A DNA stretch of 62,936 bases, filler included. It is 9 parts of 9 records of this genome, joined end to end, with 100 filler letters (N's around TTAATTAATTAA, not from the genome) between each part and the next. Parts side by side here need not be neighbours in the genome. Positions count along the whole stretch, not along the records: positions 52,132 to 62,936 come from SRR31147125_102141; 8 more parts are not named here. One strand, given 5' to 3'. A program made the translations under genes and the position numbers. The notes below the pieces were generated by a model. The model searched no databases. It was not told where the DNA came from and was given only the letters and a program-made list of their open reading frames with translations. The stretch's first letter is position 1; each line of letters begins with the position of its first letter. Of this stretch, positions 53,579-62,936 are shown one piece after another.

Positions 53579-54985
53579 ATGAAACCAGGCAGAATAGTAC
53601 TCATCGCTTTGACGGTTTTTTTGTCCTTGGGGGGCGTCTCCATGGCGCAGGTTGAAAAAGAAATTACAGCCAAGGAAGCCCGTGCCATTGCCAAGGAGAC
53701 CTATATCTATGCAAACCCGATGGTGGACAGCTACCGGGTGATCTACGGCTACTTCCTGGACCCTGAAGACCCCGAATTCAAGGCGCCTTTGAATGAGATC
53801 AAGAACATCTCACGGGTCTATACGCATGAAGACAAAGCCGTCCAGACACCCAATTCCGACACGCCATACAGTTTTTTGGGGCTTGATCTGCGATCAGAGC
53901 CGATCGTGCTCACTGTTCCTGTGATCGAAAAAAATCGCTATTTCAGCATCCAGCTCATCGATCTCTACACGCACAACTTCTCGTATATTGGCAGTCGCTC
54001 CATCGGTAATGAGGGGGGCAATTTCCTGATAGCCGGGCCCGGCTGGGACGGCGAGGTTCCCGAAACCATCACGAAAGTTTTCCGTCCGGAAACCGAGCTG
54101 ATGCTTGCGATCTATCGGACACAGCTCTTCAACCCCGATGACATGGAAAAGGTGAAAGCCATCCAGGCCAACTACAAGGTACAACCCCTCTCTGCCTTTC
54201 TGGGCAAACCGGCACCCAAGGCGGCGCCTAAGGTAGACTTCATCGAGCCGGTTTCACAGGAGGAGCTCCGGAAGTCACCCAAGGTCTTCGAACAACTGAA
54301 CTTCGTACTGCAGTTCTGCCCGACACATGCATCCGAAGAGGAACTGATGGCCCGTTTCGCCAAGCTCAACATCGGTGCCGGCATGACCTTCGACAGGGAC
54401 TCCTTCTCGCCGGAAATTCAGGCGGCAATCGGCGAGGGCATCGGCGATGCCTGGGCAGAATTTAAGGAACTGAAGAAAAAGGCAGACACAGGTGAACTCA
54501 GTTCCGGAGATGCCTTTGGCACGAGAGAACACCTTAATAACAATTACCTCTACCGCATGGCGGCTGCAGTACTCGGTATCTGGGGCAACAGCGAGGAAGA
54601 AGCCATTTACCAGTCCTACTATGTGGACGCCGACGGGGAGAAACTCGACGGCTCCAACAGTTACACGCTGCGCTTCGAGCCGGATCAGCTACCACCTGTA
54701 AACGCGTTCTGGTCACTGACCATGTATGAATTGCCGTCCAGCTTGCTGGTGGAGAACCCCATCGACCGCTACCTGCTCAACTCTTCTATGCTGGACGAAT
54801 TCGTGCGCGACGACGATGGCGGTATCACCCTGCATCTACAGCACGAATCCCCTGGCAAGGACAAAGAACCCAACTGGCTTCCAGCCCCCGCTGGACCATT
54901 TTCCGCAAACCTGCGTCTCTACTGGCCCAAGAAGGAGGCGCTGGACACCACCTGGACACCACCGCCGCTGAAGCGGGTTAACTAA
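53579..54985 (+). CDS. Exported DUF1254/DUF1214 domain protein
   Basis: Signal peptide, TPNSDTPYS, PPVNAFWSLTMY, NWLPAP and LRLYWP. Confidence 0.9.
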   Translation: MKPGRIVLIALTVFLSLGGVSMAQVEKEITAKEARAIAKETYIYANPMVDSYRVIYGYFLDPEDPEFKAPLNEIKNISRVYTHEDKAVQTPNSDTPYSFLGLDLRSEPIVLTVPVIEKNRYFSIQLIDLYTHNFSYIGSRSIGNEGGNFLIAGPGWDGEVPETITKVFRPETELMLAIYRTQLFNPDDMEKVKAIQANYKVQPLSAFLGKPAPKAAPKVDFIEPVSQEELRKSPKVFEQLNFVLQFCPTHASEEELMARFAKLNIGAGMTFDRDSFSPEIQAAIGEGIGDAWAEFKELKKKADTGELSSGDAFGTREHLNNNYLYRMAAAVLGIWGNSEEEAIYQSYYVDADGEKLDGSNSYTLRFEPDQLPPVNAFWSLTMYELPSSLLVENPIDRYLLNSSMLDEFVRDDDGGITLHLQHESPGKDKEPNWLPAPAGPFSANLRLYWPKKEALDTTWTPPPLKRVN

Positions 54986-55007
54986 TCATAATCCAAGGAG
55001 AACTACA

Positions 55008-56036
55008 TTGAACATCAAGAATTTATACACATTGATCATCACCGTTTTCTTTTCGTTTCTCGTTCCTTTTTCGGCTTCCGCGGAAGAGAAGATGGAACCG
55101 GTCACCGTCGCCAACTTTGTGCGGGCTGAATCGGATCACATGATCCGCTCCAACATGAAAATGATGGGCGTTGACTTCGGCAAGTTCACCCACCTGCGCG
55201 AGCCCACAACGCCGGACAACCAGCCGGTGATCAGAATGAACCAGGATACGCTGTACTCCGGGACCGTGTTGGACATGTCCAAGCCTGCCATCATCACACT
55301 GCCGGAGGTCGGCGGCCGTTATATGTCCATGCATGTGGTTAGCCAGGATCACTACATGTTCGTGGAATCAAAACCGGGCACATATACGTTGACAGAAAAA
55401 AAGGTGGGTACACGTTTTGCGCTGGTGACCATCCGAACCTTCTACAATGCCGGCGATCCCGATGACCTGGCCAAGGCCCACGCGGCTCAGGACAAACTGG
55501 AGATCAGCGGAGGAGGCACCGGCCCATTCGAGGCACCGAACTGGAACCTCGACGACCTCGCCAAGGCACGCAAGGCCCTCAGCGATCTTGCCACCCTTGG
55601 CTTTGACTCCACTTACGCATTTGGTAGCAAGAAAGAGGTCAGGCCGATCGATTACCTGGTTGGCGCCGCAGCCGGCTGGGGCGGTTTGCCGGTCAAAGCC
55701 GCCTACTACGAGCTGGGTAACGTTGATCAGAACGATGGTAAGACCGCCTACGTGGTGACCGTCAAGGATGTGCCGGTCGATGCGTTCTGGTCCATCACTA
55801 TCTACAACGCCGACGGATATCTCGAAAAGAACGACCTCGGTCGCAACAGCCTCAACCAGTCCTCAGCCAAGAAGAACGAGGACGGCTCCTACACGATCCG
55901 TTTCGGCGGAGATCCCAAAAGCGAGAACTACCTGCCCATCACCAAGAGCTGGAACTATGCCATCCGCATGTATGAACCGGGAAAGGAAATTCTCGATGGA
56001 TCCTGGAAGTTCCCGAGTATAGCGCCCGTGAAATAG
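55008..56036 (+). CDS. Exported DUF1254/DUF1214 domain protein (short type)
   Basis: AAGGAG RBS and TTG start, signal peptide, RMNQDTLYS, VPVDAFWSITIY and IRMYEP. Confidence 0.88.
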   Translation: MNIKNLYTLIITVFFSFLVPFSASAEEKMEPVTVANFVRAESDHMIRSNMKMMGVDFGKFTHLREPTTPDNQPVIRMNQDTLYSGTVLDMSKPAIITLPEVGGRYMSMHVVSQDHYMFVESKPGTYTLTEKKVGTRFALVTIRTFYNAGDPDDLAKAHAAQDKLEISGGGTGPFEAPNWNLDDLAKARKALSDLATLGFDSTYAFGSKKEVRPIDYLVGAAAGWGGLPVKAAYYELGNVDQNDGKTAYVVTVKDVPVDAFWSITIYNADGYLEKNDLGRNSLNQSSAKKNEDGSYTIRFGGDPKSENYLPITKSWNYAIRMYEPGKEILDGSWKFPSIAPVK

Positions 56037-56148
56037 TCCAATTGACTGAGATCTTCAATATGTTCGATAGGCTCCAACTGACCAAAGACTAAACAGTTCC
56101 GCGGGTCATACATTATTGCAGGTATTGAAGGGAAAGAAGGAGGATGAG

Positions 56149-56981
56149 ATGACAAAAGCGTTTTTTGGGCATGTAAAACGGTTGTGTGTTCTGGCAGGCT
56201 TTCTTTTTCTATTTGGCTGCACATATGCCAACACCATAAAAATTCCTAAAGACGTCGCGGAAATCCATCCCGGTATGCTGGCCGGTTATTTGGATACCAA
56301 GACCCTGCCCAACAGTCTTGAACTGATTCCACCGCCACCCGGCGAAGGATCTACCGCATTTACATTAGACGAAGAAGTCAGCCGGAAAGCGATAACGCTG
56401 AGGAATACTTCCCGCTGGAACCTGGCGATCGAGGATGCAAATCTTCATTATCCTGAGGCGGCCACCACTTTTTGCTGTGCCTTGGGTATTGCGATTACCC
56501 GGGAAGCCACGCCCCATCTCTACATGCTTCTGCGGCGCTCGACCGCAGATGCCGGGCTTTCCACGTACACGGCCAAAAAGCATTACCAGCGCAACCGCCC
56601 GTTCATGATGAACAATGAACCTGTCTGTACGCCGAAAGAGGAAGACGGTTTACGCAAAGACGGGTCTTACCCTTCCGGGCATACCGCCATTGGTTGGGCA
56701 TGGGCGCTGATTTTAACGGAGATCGCTCCGGACCGGGCCGATGCGATTTTGGCAAGGGGCGGGCATTTGGCGAAAGCCGGAATGTCTGCAACGTCCACTG
56801 GCACAGCGATGTGGTTGAGGGTCGATTCATGGGGGCTGCCACGGTGGCGAAACTGCACTCGGATCCTGTTTTCTGTGCCGAACTGGAGGCAGCCAAAAAA
56901 GAATATAAAAATGCTGTCACAAAAGGCCTGACACCTTCGCGGAATTGCAAGGCAGAGGCAGATGCGCTCGCTCAATGGTGA
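56149..56981 (+). CDS. Class A non-specific acid phosphatase (PAP2 superfamily) lipoprotein, frameshift near 56758
   Basis: Lipobox LFGC, KKHYQRNRP and SYPSGH; the third motif SRNVCNVHWHSD lies in the shifted frame after a G-run. Confidence 0.85.
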
Positions 56982-57008
56982 CATAGCGCCGGGAGGAAAT
57001 AACACGAC

Positions 57009-57371
57009 ATGAAATCAAATAGAATAATTCTCGCTCTCACGTTTGTTATTTTCATGGGCATCCTATCCATGGCCAGCGCACAGAAGAGTGTCAGACTCAG
57101 CGATGGCCAAATTGAGAACATCGTCAAGCGCTCCTGCCAATACGTGGCCATGTACCCGGCAATTATCACGGAAGATGGCGCTCCAAAACGGCCCGGAACG
57201 ACTATGTTATCAGCATGACGAAAGATGAGTTGCCTCCGGCTAATGCGTTCCCACTGAAAATTGGCTGCCCATCGAACGAAAGGACCTGGAGTTGAATGTC
57301 TGCCTGCGGATCTATGCTCCAGATTTGGAGAAAATGAAGACTGGCAGGCGCCTATGGCGGAGAAGCTCTAG
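57009..57371 (+). pseudogene. Internally deleted DUF1254/DUF1214 gene remnant
   Basis: Signal peptide and IVKRSCQYVAMY start, then fragments MTKDELPPANAF and LRIYAPDLEKMK / WQAPMAEKL* in changing frames within about 360 nt. Confidence 0.65.
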
Positions 57372-57396
57372 TAAACAGAGACAAAGGAAAAATACC

Positions 57397-58851
57397 ATGA
57401 AAATGAAACAGATCATCTTAACTTCATGCGCCGCACTGTTGCTCCTAAATAGCGGAGCGATAGCGCAAACCGACCCGTTGGGTGGAAAACCTGCCCCCGG
57501 TTCAAAACCTTCTGTGACCGACTTTGATTACCAGATGAAATACCAGCGTGCCTTTGAAGCTGTTCTGTGGTCGATGCCGGCAGTGGCCATTTATGGTTTG
57601 CACCGTGGTGCCGAACAATTGGGCGCTGGCCCCAATGTGATTCTCGCCTTTTCGGAGCCAGCCAAGCCGAATCTTGAAGCGTTGACAGGCAATAACCAGA
57701 CTCCCTACATCGTATCCCAGACCGACCTGCGGCAAGGGCCTGTGGTTGTTGAAATTCCTGCTGCGTCGGAAAAGGCCAGTCTCTATGGGCAAATTGTTGA
57801 CCACTGGCAACTCACCATTGCAGATGTGGGGCCGTCGGGTGTTGACTCAGGCAAAGGGGGAAAAATCCTGTTGACTCCTCCCGGTTACGACCAACCGGTT
57901 CCAGAAGAATATATTGAAGTCAAGAGCCCCAGCTACCGGGTCGCCTTTGCCTTCCGATCTGTACCCGGATCGGAAGCAACAACCGCTCAAGCCTACGAGT
58001 ATGCACAGACCCTGAAGATGTACTACTACTCAGAGGTACCGACACCAAAAGCGACTAAATTTATCGATCCGAGTGATAAGCGTTTCTCAACCCTTCCTTA
58101 CTATGACGAACGCTGGTTCGAGGAACTCTACGAAATCGTCAGCGTAGAGAAGGTGATGCCCCGCGACAAGGTGATGATGGGCATGCTGGCCTCCCTCGGC
58201 ATCCAGAAGGACAAGCCCTATGCCCCGGATGAGAAAACGAAGAAGGCGATGAAGCAGGCCGTCGTGGATGCCTACTTTTACATGCAGCAGCGCTTCCTGA
58301 GCATGGATAAGATGGAAAGGATTTGGTGGAAGGACAAGCACTGGTATAACGGCCTTTTCGCTGATGAGAATCAGGAATTTTCTTATGAATATGCTGACCG
58401 GATTGATCTTGAGGAGCGTGCCGAACGGTATTTCATCGGAACCTATTATCCCAAGAAGATCGGCCCTAAACCAGCAACCCAGTATCTGTTTGCGTTGGCC
58501 GACAAGAACGGCAACCCGCTTGAGGCAGGAAAAACCTATTCGTTTACCATGCCTGCCGAGGTCCCAGTGGAACAATTCTGGTCATTGATCATCTACGATG
58601 TGGAAACCTTTGCCTTTATCTACAATAAGCAGCAGCGAGCAGGCCTGTCCTCGTTTGACCTGCCGAATATGCAAAAGAACAGCGACGGCAGTGTCACCAT
58701 GTACTTTGGTCCGGAGGCCCCGGAAGGGCTGGAAAGCAACTGGATTCCCACTGAAGGGAAAAGGGGTTCACCCACCATTCGCTTCTATGGAGGGACAGAG
58801 GAATTCTGGGATAGGTCCTGGGAAATGCCGGATGTTGAGTTGGTGAAGTAA
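57397..58851 (+). CDS. Exported DUF1254/DUF1214 domain protein
   Basis: Real start is probably the ATG at 57397 (RBS plus signal peptide). TGNNQTPY, VPVEQFWSLIIYD, NWIPT and IRFYG. Confidence 0.88.
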   Translation: MKMKQIILTSCAALLLLNSGAIAQTDPLGGKPAPGSKPSVTDFDYQMKYQRAFEAVLWSMPAVAIYGLHRGAEQLGAGPNVILAFSEPAKPNLEALTGNNQTPYIVSQTDLRQGPVVVEIPAASEKASLYGQIVDHWQLTIADVGPSGVDSGKGGKILLTPPGYDQPVPEEYIEVKSPSYRVAFAFRSVPGSEATTAQAYEYAQTLKMYYYSEVPTPKATKFIDPSDKRFSTLPYYDERWFEELYEIVSVEKVMPRDKVMMGMLASLGIQKDKPYAPDEKTKKAMKQAVVDAYFYMQQRFLSMDKMERIWWKDKHWYNGLFADENQEFSYEYADRIDLEERAERYFIGTYYPKKIGPKPATQYLFALADKNGNPLEAGKTYSFTMPAEVPVEQFWSLIIYDVETFAFIYNKQQRAGLSSFDLPNMQKNSDGSVTMYFGPEAPEGLESNWIPTEGKRGSPTIRFYGGTEEFWDRSWEMPDVELVK

Positions 58852-59073
58852 TTAACTCAAATGACACTGTCTGAAAGGATGAGGGTATGAGTATTGCAGG
58901 TACGAACATGAAAATCAACAGGTTCAACCTGAACATTTTAATCGAAGGTTAAGAGTAAATATTTGCTTAACAACTCTGGATGGTTCATGGATCTCATACA
59001 CGCTTGAGTAAGAAAAAAATCCGCTTCAAAAATTAGCATTGAAAACTGAGACTTCAAATTAGGAAATACCATT

Positions 59074-60927
59074 ATGAGAGTTACCAGATTACTATCAATG
59101 GCACTGACGCTTGTCGTGTCCATGGGTATCATCTCCACGGCTCAGGCAAAAGAGTCTGAAAAAACCGTTTTGCCTCCAACCCCTTATATGGGTGGACCGG
59201 TGGAGTTGGTGGAAGCACCCAACGGAGCTATTGCCCGCGCAGAGGTGTTGGAGACCGCCTCCAAAATCCTGTATACAGAGCCCACGACGGAAAAACTGGC
59301 CGAGGGCGTCTGGTGCATCGGCGGATATTCGCTTGCCAATTCCACGGTGATCGAGGCGGAAGACGGCTTGATTGTCTATGATGCCGGCGATACCAAAGAG
59401 GAGGCCGAGCATATCCGGGAGGCAATCGAAAAGATCAGCGACAAGCCGATCAAAGTGATAATCTACAGTCACTCCCACTATGCCCTGGGGGCAGGTGCGT
59501 TGGTGGACAATCCGGACGATGTATTGATTATCGGGCACCCCAAGGTCAATGAAACCGTCGAAGCCACCCTGCAGGGCGGCGGTTCGCCGTCGGCTATTCC
59601 CGAGGTCGGTCCCTACATGACCTCCAGACTGCTGATCCAGTTCAACAACTTCCTGCCCAAGGAGGGGCCGGATGGGGCCTTGGCGGGGGAGCTGGAGGTC
59701 GGCAAGCCGATCGCCTTTCTGCCGGCAAACAAGACGGTTGAAGATGGTGAAGAGCTGGATGTGCTGGGGATCAAGATGCAGTTCTTCACCGAGTATATCT
59801 CTGACGACTACAACCTGACGGTCTACCTGCCGGAGAAGGGGCTGGTGATGAATAACTTCTTCTGGCCGGGCACACCCAATATTTACACTCTACGTGGCGG
59901 TGTTTTCCGCGATCCCCTGCAGTGGCGCAATGGACTGAAGGTGATTCGTGACCTGCAGCCGGAAATCCTGGCCAACACCCATACCCGTGCCATTGTGGGA
60001 AAAGATGAAGTTACAAGGCGCCTAACGGGTTACATGGACCAGCTGACTCTGACCTATGACCAGACCCTGCGAGGAATTCTGGGCGGCTTGACCCCGTCGG
60101 AAATCCGTCATGCTATTTACATTCCGAAGCACATGCGGGAGATTCCTGAGAACGCGCAATCGTATGGTGAAACCATTCATTTTCCCGAGGCCATCTATAA
60201 CTATGTGATCGGGTGGTTTGACGGCGATGTGACCAAGCTGTTCAAGGTTGCGCCCCAGCCTGAGGCCGAGCGCATGGTGGCACTCATTGGCGGTAAAGAA
60301 AAAGTTGTGAAAGCGGCGCGGGAAGCCCTGGAAACGAAAGAATATGCCTGGGGAGCTCAGGTGGTCCAGTATGCCTATATTCTCGATCCAACGGACAAAG
60401 AGGTGCGCCAATTGAAGGCGGACCTTCTGCGGGCAATGGGACACCGCACGACGGGGTCGATCGCCCGGGCATTTCTCCTCACCGAGGCCCTGGCCCTTGA
60501 AGGAAAAGTAACCTACCCCAAGCTCATCCCGCCCTCCAGGGAGATCATTGCAGGCTTACCCGAAACCTTTGTGGATTACTTCCGGGTGCGCATCGACCCG
60601 ATAAAAAGTGCAGAGATCGATGACGTCATCGAGTTCGTTTTCACCGACAAAGGCAACCTGACCGTCGCCCTGCATGTACGTAGAGGCATTGCCGAATTTG
60701 TTCCGGTTCCTGCAGATCACTATAAGCCAAGCACCTTCACCATGAAGCTTGATTCGGAAACCTGGGCGAACCTCTACCTGAGTTCGATATCGTTGAACGA
60801 TGCGATCAAGCAAGGGAAAGTCACCCTCGGCGGAGATGCAGAAGCGGCCCAACAGATTTTCGCGCTATTCGACCTGTTCGAACCGACAAAGAACTATCGG
60901 GTGCCTCCTGTAGACGTGAACCATTGA
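59074..60927 (+). CDS. Alkyl-sulfatase-like (SdsA1/BDS1 family) metallo-beta-lactamase-fold protein with dimerisation and SCP2-like domains
   Basis: Signal peptide, YSLANS, IYSHSHY, NIYTLRG, DQTLR and GWFDG; the metal motif is atypical. Confidence 0.82.
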   Translation: MRVTRLLSMALTLVVSMGIISTAQAKESEKTVLPPTPYMGGPVELVEAPNGAIARAEVLETASKILYTEPTTEKLAEGVWCIGGYSLANSTVIEAEDGLIVYDAGDTKEEAEHIREAIEKISDKPIKVIIYSHSHYALGAGALVDNPDDVLIIGHPKVNETVEATLQGGGSPSAIPEVGPYMTSRLLIQFNNFLPKEGPDGALAGELEVGKPIAFLPANKTVEDGEELDVLGIKMQFFTEYISDDYNLTVYLPEKGLVMNNFFWPGTPNIYTLRGGVFRDPLQWRNGLKVIRDLQPEILANTHTRAIVGKDEVTRRLTGYMDQLTLTYDQTLRGILGGLTPSEIRHAIYIPKHMREIPENAQSYGETIHFPEAIYNYVIGWFDGDVTKLFKVAPQPEAERMVALIGGKEKVVKAAREALETKEYAWGAQVVQYAYILDPTDKEVRQLKADLLRAMGHRTTGSIARAFLLTEALALEGKVTYPKLIPPSREIIAGLPETFVDYFRVRIDPIKSAEIDDVIEFVFTDKGNLTVALHVRRGIAEFVPVPADHYKPSTFTMKLDSETWANLYLSSISLNDAIKQGKVTLGGDAEAAQQIFALFDLFEPTKNYRVPPVDVNH

Positions 60928-61097
60928 GGACTATTAGCTTTTGCCAGGCCGTTTTTGCAGTGGATTCAGACTCTGTATAGCGATGACCGGCAAGCCAAGC
61001 CTGAAAAGTTCAAGAATTGAGTACAGCATGAAAGTCATATCTTAAAACAACATTTTACAATTATCTCTATTGTAACAGCAACCTAAAGGGTGACATC

Positions 61098-61706
61098 ATG
61101 AAACATAACAAAGCCGTCTTCTGTGGAATTGCTTTCACTGCTCTGTCCTTGATAAGTTTTCTCATCCCAGCATACTCACTGGGCGCACCACCTACCAAGG
61201 AACAGATCGAGCAGCAAAAGGTGGATATCCGCAAGATGGCAGACGAGACTCTCGCGCGACTCTATACAACCCAGCCATCAGCCAAGGAAGCTGTCAAAAA
61301 GGCCGCCGGCTATGCGGTGTTCAGCAATTTTGGCATGAAGATCTTTTTCGCTGGTGGTGGTTCAGGGAAGGGTTTAGCGGTAAACAATGCAAACAAAAAC
61401 AGTACATTCATGAAGATGATTGAAGTACAGGCCGGTTTAGGAATTGGAGTGAAGAAATTCAGACTCATCTGGGTATTTGAGAATAAAGGTGACCTCGACG
61501 AATTTATCAATTCCGGTTGGGAATTTGGTGGTCAGGCAACAGCAGCCGCTCAGGCAAGTGGCGAAGGGGCATCTCTAGCCGGCGCCATGTCAATTAAGCC
61601 TGGTGTCTGGCTCTACCAGCTTACCGATGACGGACTGGCCGCTGAGCTGACTGCTAAAGGGACGAAATATTACAAGGACGACAATCTTAACTCACCTGCT
61701 GAATAG
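61098..61706 (+). CDS. YSC84/SYLF-related exported protein
   Basis: Signal peptide, AAGYAVF, GGGSGKG, GWEFGGQATAAA and GTKYYKD. Confidence 0.8.
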   Translation: MKHNKAVFCGIAFTALSLISFLIPAYSLGAPPTKEQIEQQKVDIRKMADETLARLYTTQPSAKEAVKKAAGYAVFSNFGMKIFFAGGGSGKGLAVNNANKNSTFMKMIEVQAGLGIGVKKFRLIWVFENKGDLDEFINSGWEFGGQATAAAQASGEGASLAGAMSIKPGVWLYQLTDDGLAAELTAKGTKYYKDDNLNSPAE

Positions 61707-61815
61707 GACAATGACTCTGTTGTTGCTTGGGGTATATCCCAGCCGAAGGCTGAGAAGTGAAGAGAGAGGCAAATGCTCTACGCTGCCGGAATCGATCAAT
61801 TGAAACAAAAAGGAG

Positions 61816-62835
61816 ATGGGAATGACAATCGTTAACCATAACGATGCGACACAGGCTAGTGTGAGCGCAGATATCAAAAGATCATTATCGCAGCAGCTCA
61901 AAGCGGCAGCGATGATAGGCTTGATGGGATTGACAATACTCTGCACGGCATCCGCCACATACGCGGCCGAAGGGGCTTCGAGCCACTATCTACCCGGTGC
62001 AGTTGGCGATATGTTATTCGCCCTGCCGCCCGAACCCGGGCTCCAGATCGCTGATATGCTCTGGTACCAGACGGGAAGCACTAATACAGCGGTGCTCGAG
62101 GGGCTGGTCACCTTTGGCGCTGACCTTGACCTTTTCCTCAATCTTGTCTCGCTGTCGTATACCTTTGAAAAGCCTATACTGGGTGGACGATACACCATCG
62201 GTGCTGCCATTCCCTTCGGCTATGGTGATATGGAAGGTAAGGTCACCGAACCGCGCGGCGGGCGTATTGAGTTTTCCGGTGATAGTTTTAACCTGAGCGA
62301 TATCGCCATCATCCCCTTCCAGATGAACTGGAACTCTGGCCGGTGGTCGTTCAAGCTCTGGGAGTCGATTGTCGCACCTACGGGAGGATACGACACCTCT
62401 GGTTCCAACCTCCTCAATCTCGGACGCAACTACTGGAGTTTTGACACCATAGGAGCCGTGACCTGGTATAACCCCGACTCAGGAACCGAAGTTTCACTCG
62501 CACCGGGCGTGATGTTCAACACCGAGAATTCGGACACCGACTACAAGACCGGAACTGAATTCCATGTGGACTTTGTTGCCAACCAGTTCCTCTCCGAGAC
62601 ATTCGCCCTTGGTCTCCGCGGGTACTACTACAGACAGCTTTCGGGTGACAGCGGCGCAGGTGCCACACTTGGCGACTTCGAGTCCAAGTCCGTTGCTGCC
62701 GGTCCGGGGTTCGTCTGGATTCCGGCGTTTGGCAACAGCCGTTTGACGGTACTGGGCAAGTGGCTGCATGATTTCAGTGCCGACAACCGATTTGAGTCCG
62801 ACTATATAACACTCACTGCTGCCTGGAAGTTCTGA
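61816..62835 (+). CDS. Outer-membrane beta-barrel transporter (MetA-pathway/SphA-like family)
   Basis: AEG..SHYLPG N-terminus, APTGGYD, NLGRNYW, TDYKTG and C-terminal aromatic WKF. The start may be later than 61816. Confidence 0.8.
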   Translation: MGMTIVNHNDATQASVSADIKRSLSQQLKAAAMIGLMGLTILCTASATYAAEGASSHYLPGAVGDMLFALPPEPGLQIADMLWYQTGSTNTAVLEGLVTFGADLDLFLNLVSLSYTFEKPILGGRYTIGAAIPFGYGDMEGKVTEPRGGRIEFSGDSFNLSDIAIIPFQMNWNSGRWSFKLWESIVAPTGGYDTSGSNLLNLGRNYWSFDTIGAVTWYNPDSGTEVSLAPGVMFNTENSDTDYKTGTEFHVDFVANQFLSETFALGLRGYYYRQLSGDSGAGATLGDFESKSVAAGPGFVWIPAFGNSRLTVLGKWLHDFSADNRFESDYITLTAAWKF

Positions 62836-62936
62836 TGATTTGGTATTCAAGATAAGCCGAAAAACAGAATACGAAGGAATGAATATTAAGATCAAGCCCT
62901 GTTTCCTGATTATACTACTGCTGCGTATTCTCCCCC

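Overview
This window is not one locus. It is a pseudomolecule of nine unrelated contigs joined by 100-nt linkers (N44-TTAATTAATTAA-N44), apparently from a marine or anoxic-sediment metagenome. (1) 1-6738: Bacteroidota-type glycan-degradation genes (BNR sialidase-like protein, propeller lipoprotein, dual esterase, GH29 fucosidase, fucosidase-like GH). (2) 6839-12129: eukaryotic DNA, part of a very intron-dense Furry/MOR2-PAG1/Tao3 gene. (3) 12230-18483: dipeptide epimerase, USP-TPR, glutamate dehydrogenase, MscS and a Ddl-like ATP-grasp ligase. (4) 18584-28155: sulfate-reducer dsrT-dsrMKJO, tail-specific protease, MazG-like protein, hemA and ccsA. (5) 28256-34783: RND pump, two-TM ion-channel protein and DUF748. 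(6) 34884-40281: tRNA 3' end with an integrase-excisionase-repressor module, then two histidine kinases, one carrying a CX6CX2CX5C cysteine insert. (7) 40382-46761: Fe-S D-lactate dehydrogenase and an ALDH-ADH-HAD-GATase cluster. (8) 46862-52031: three heparinase II/III-family lyases and a REP-like repeat. (9) 52132-62936: a regulator-linked envelope cluster of DUF1254/DUF1214 paralogs, acid phosphatase, an atypical alkyl-sulfatase-like protein, a YSC84 protein and an outer-membrane transporter. At least seven genes carry single frameshifts that are probably sequencing errors. The best candidates for undescribed biology are the cysteine-insert kinase pair, the DUF1254 cluster and the ATP-grasp/epimerase/MscS cluster. 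All family calls come from motif recognition by eye; no database search was run.
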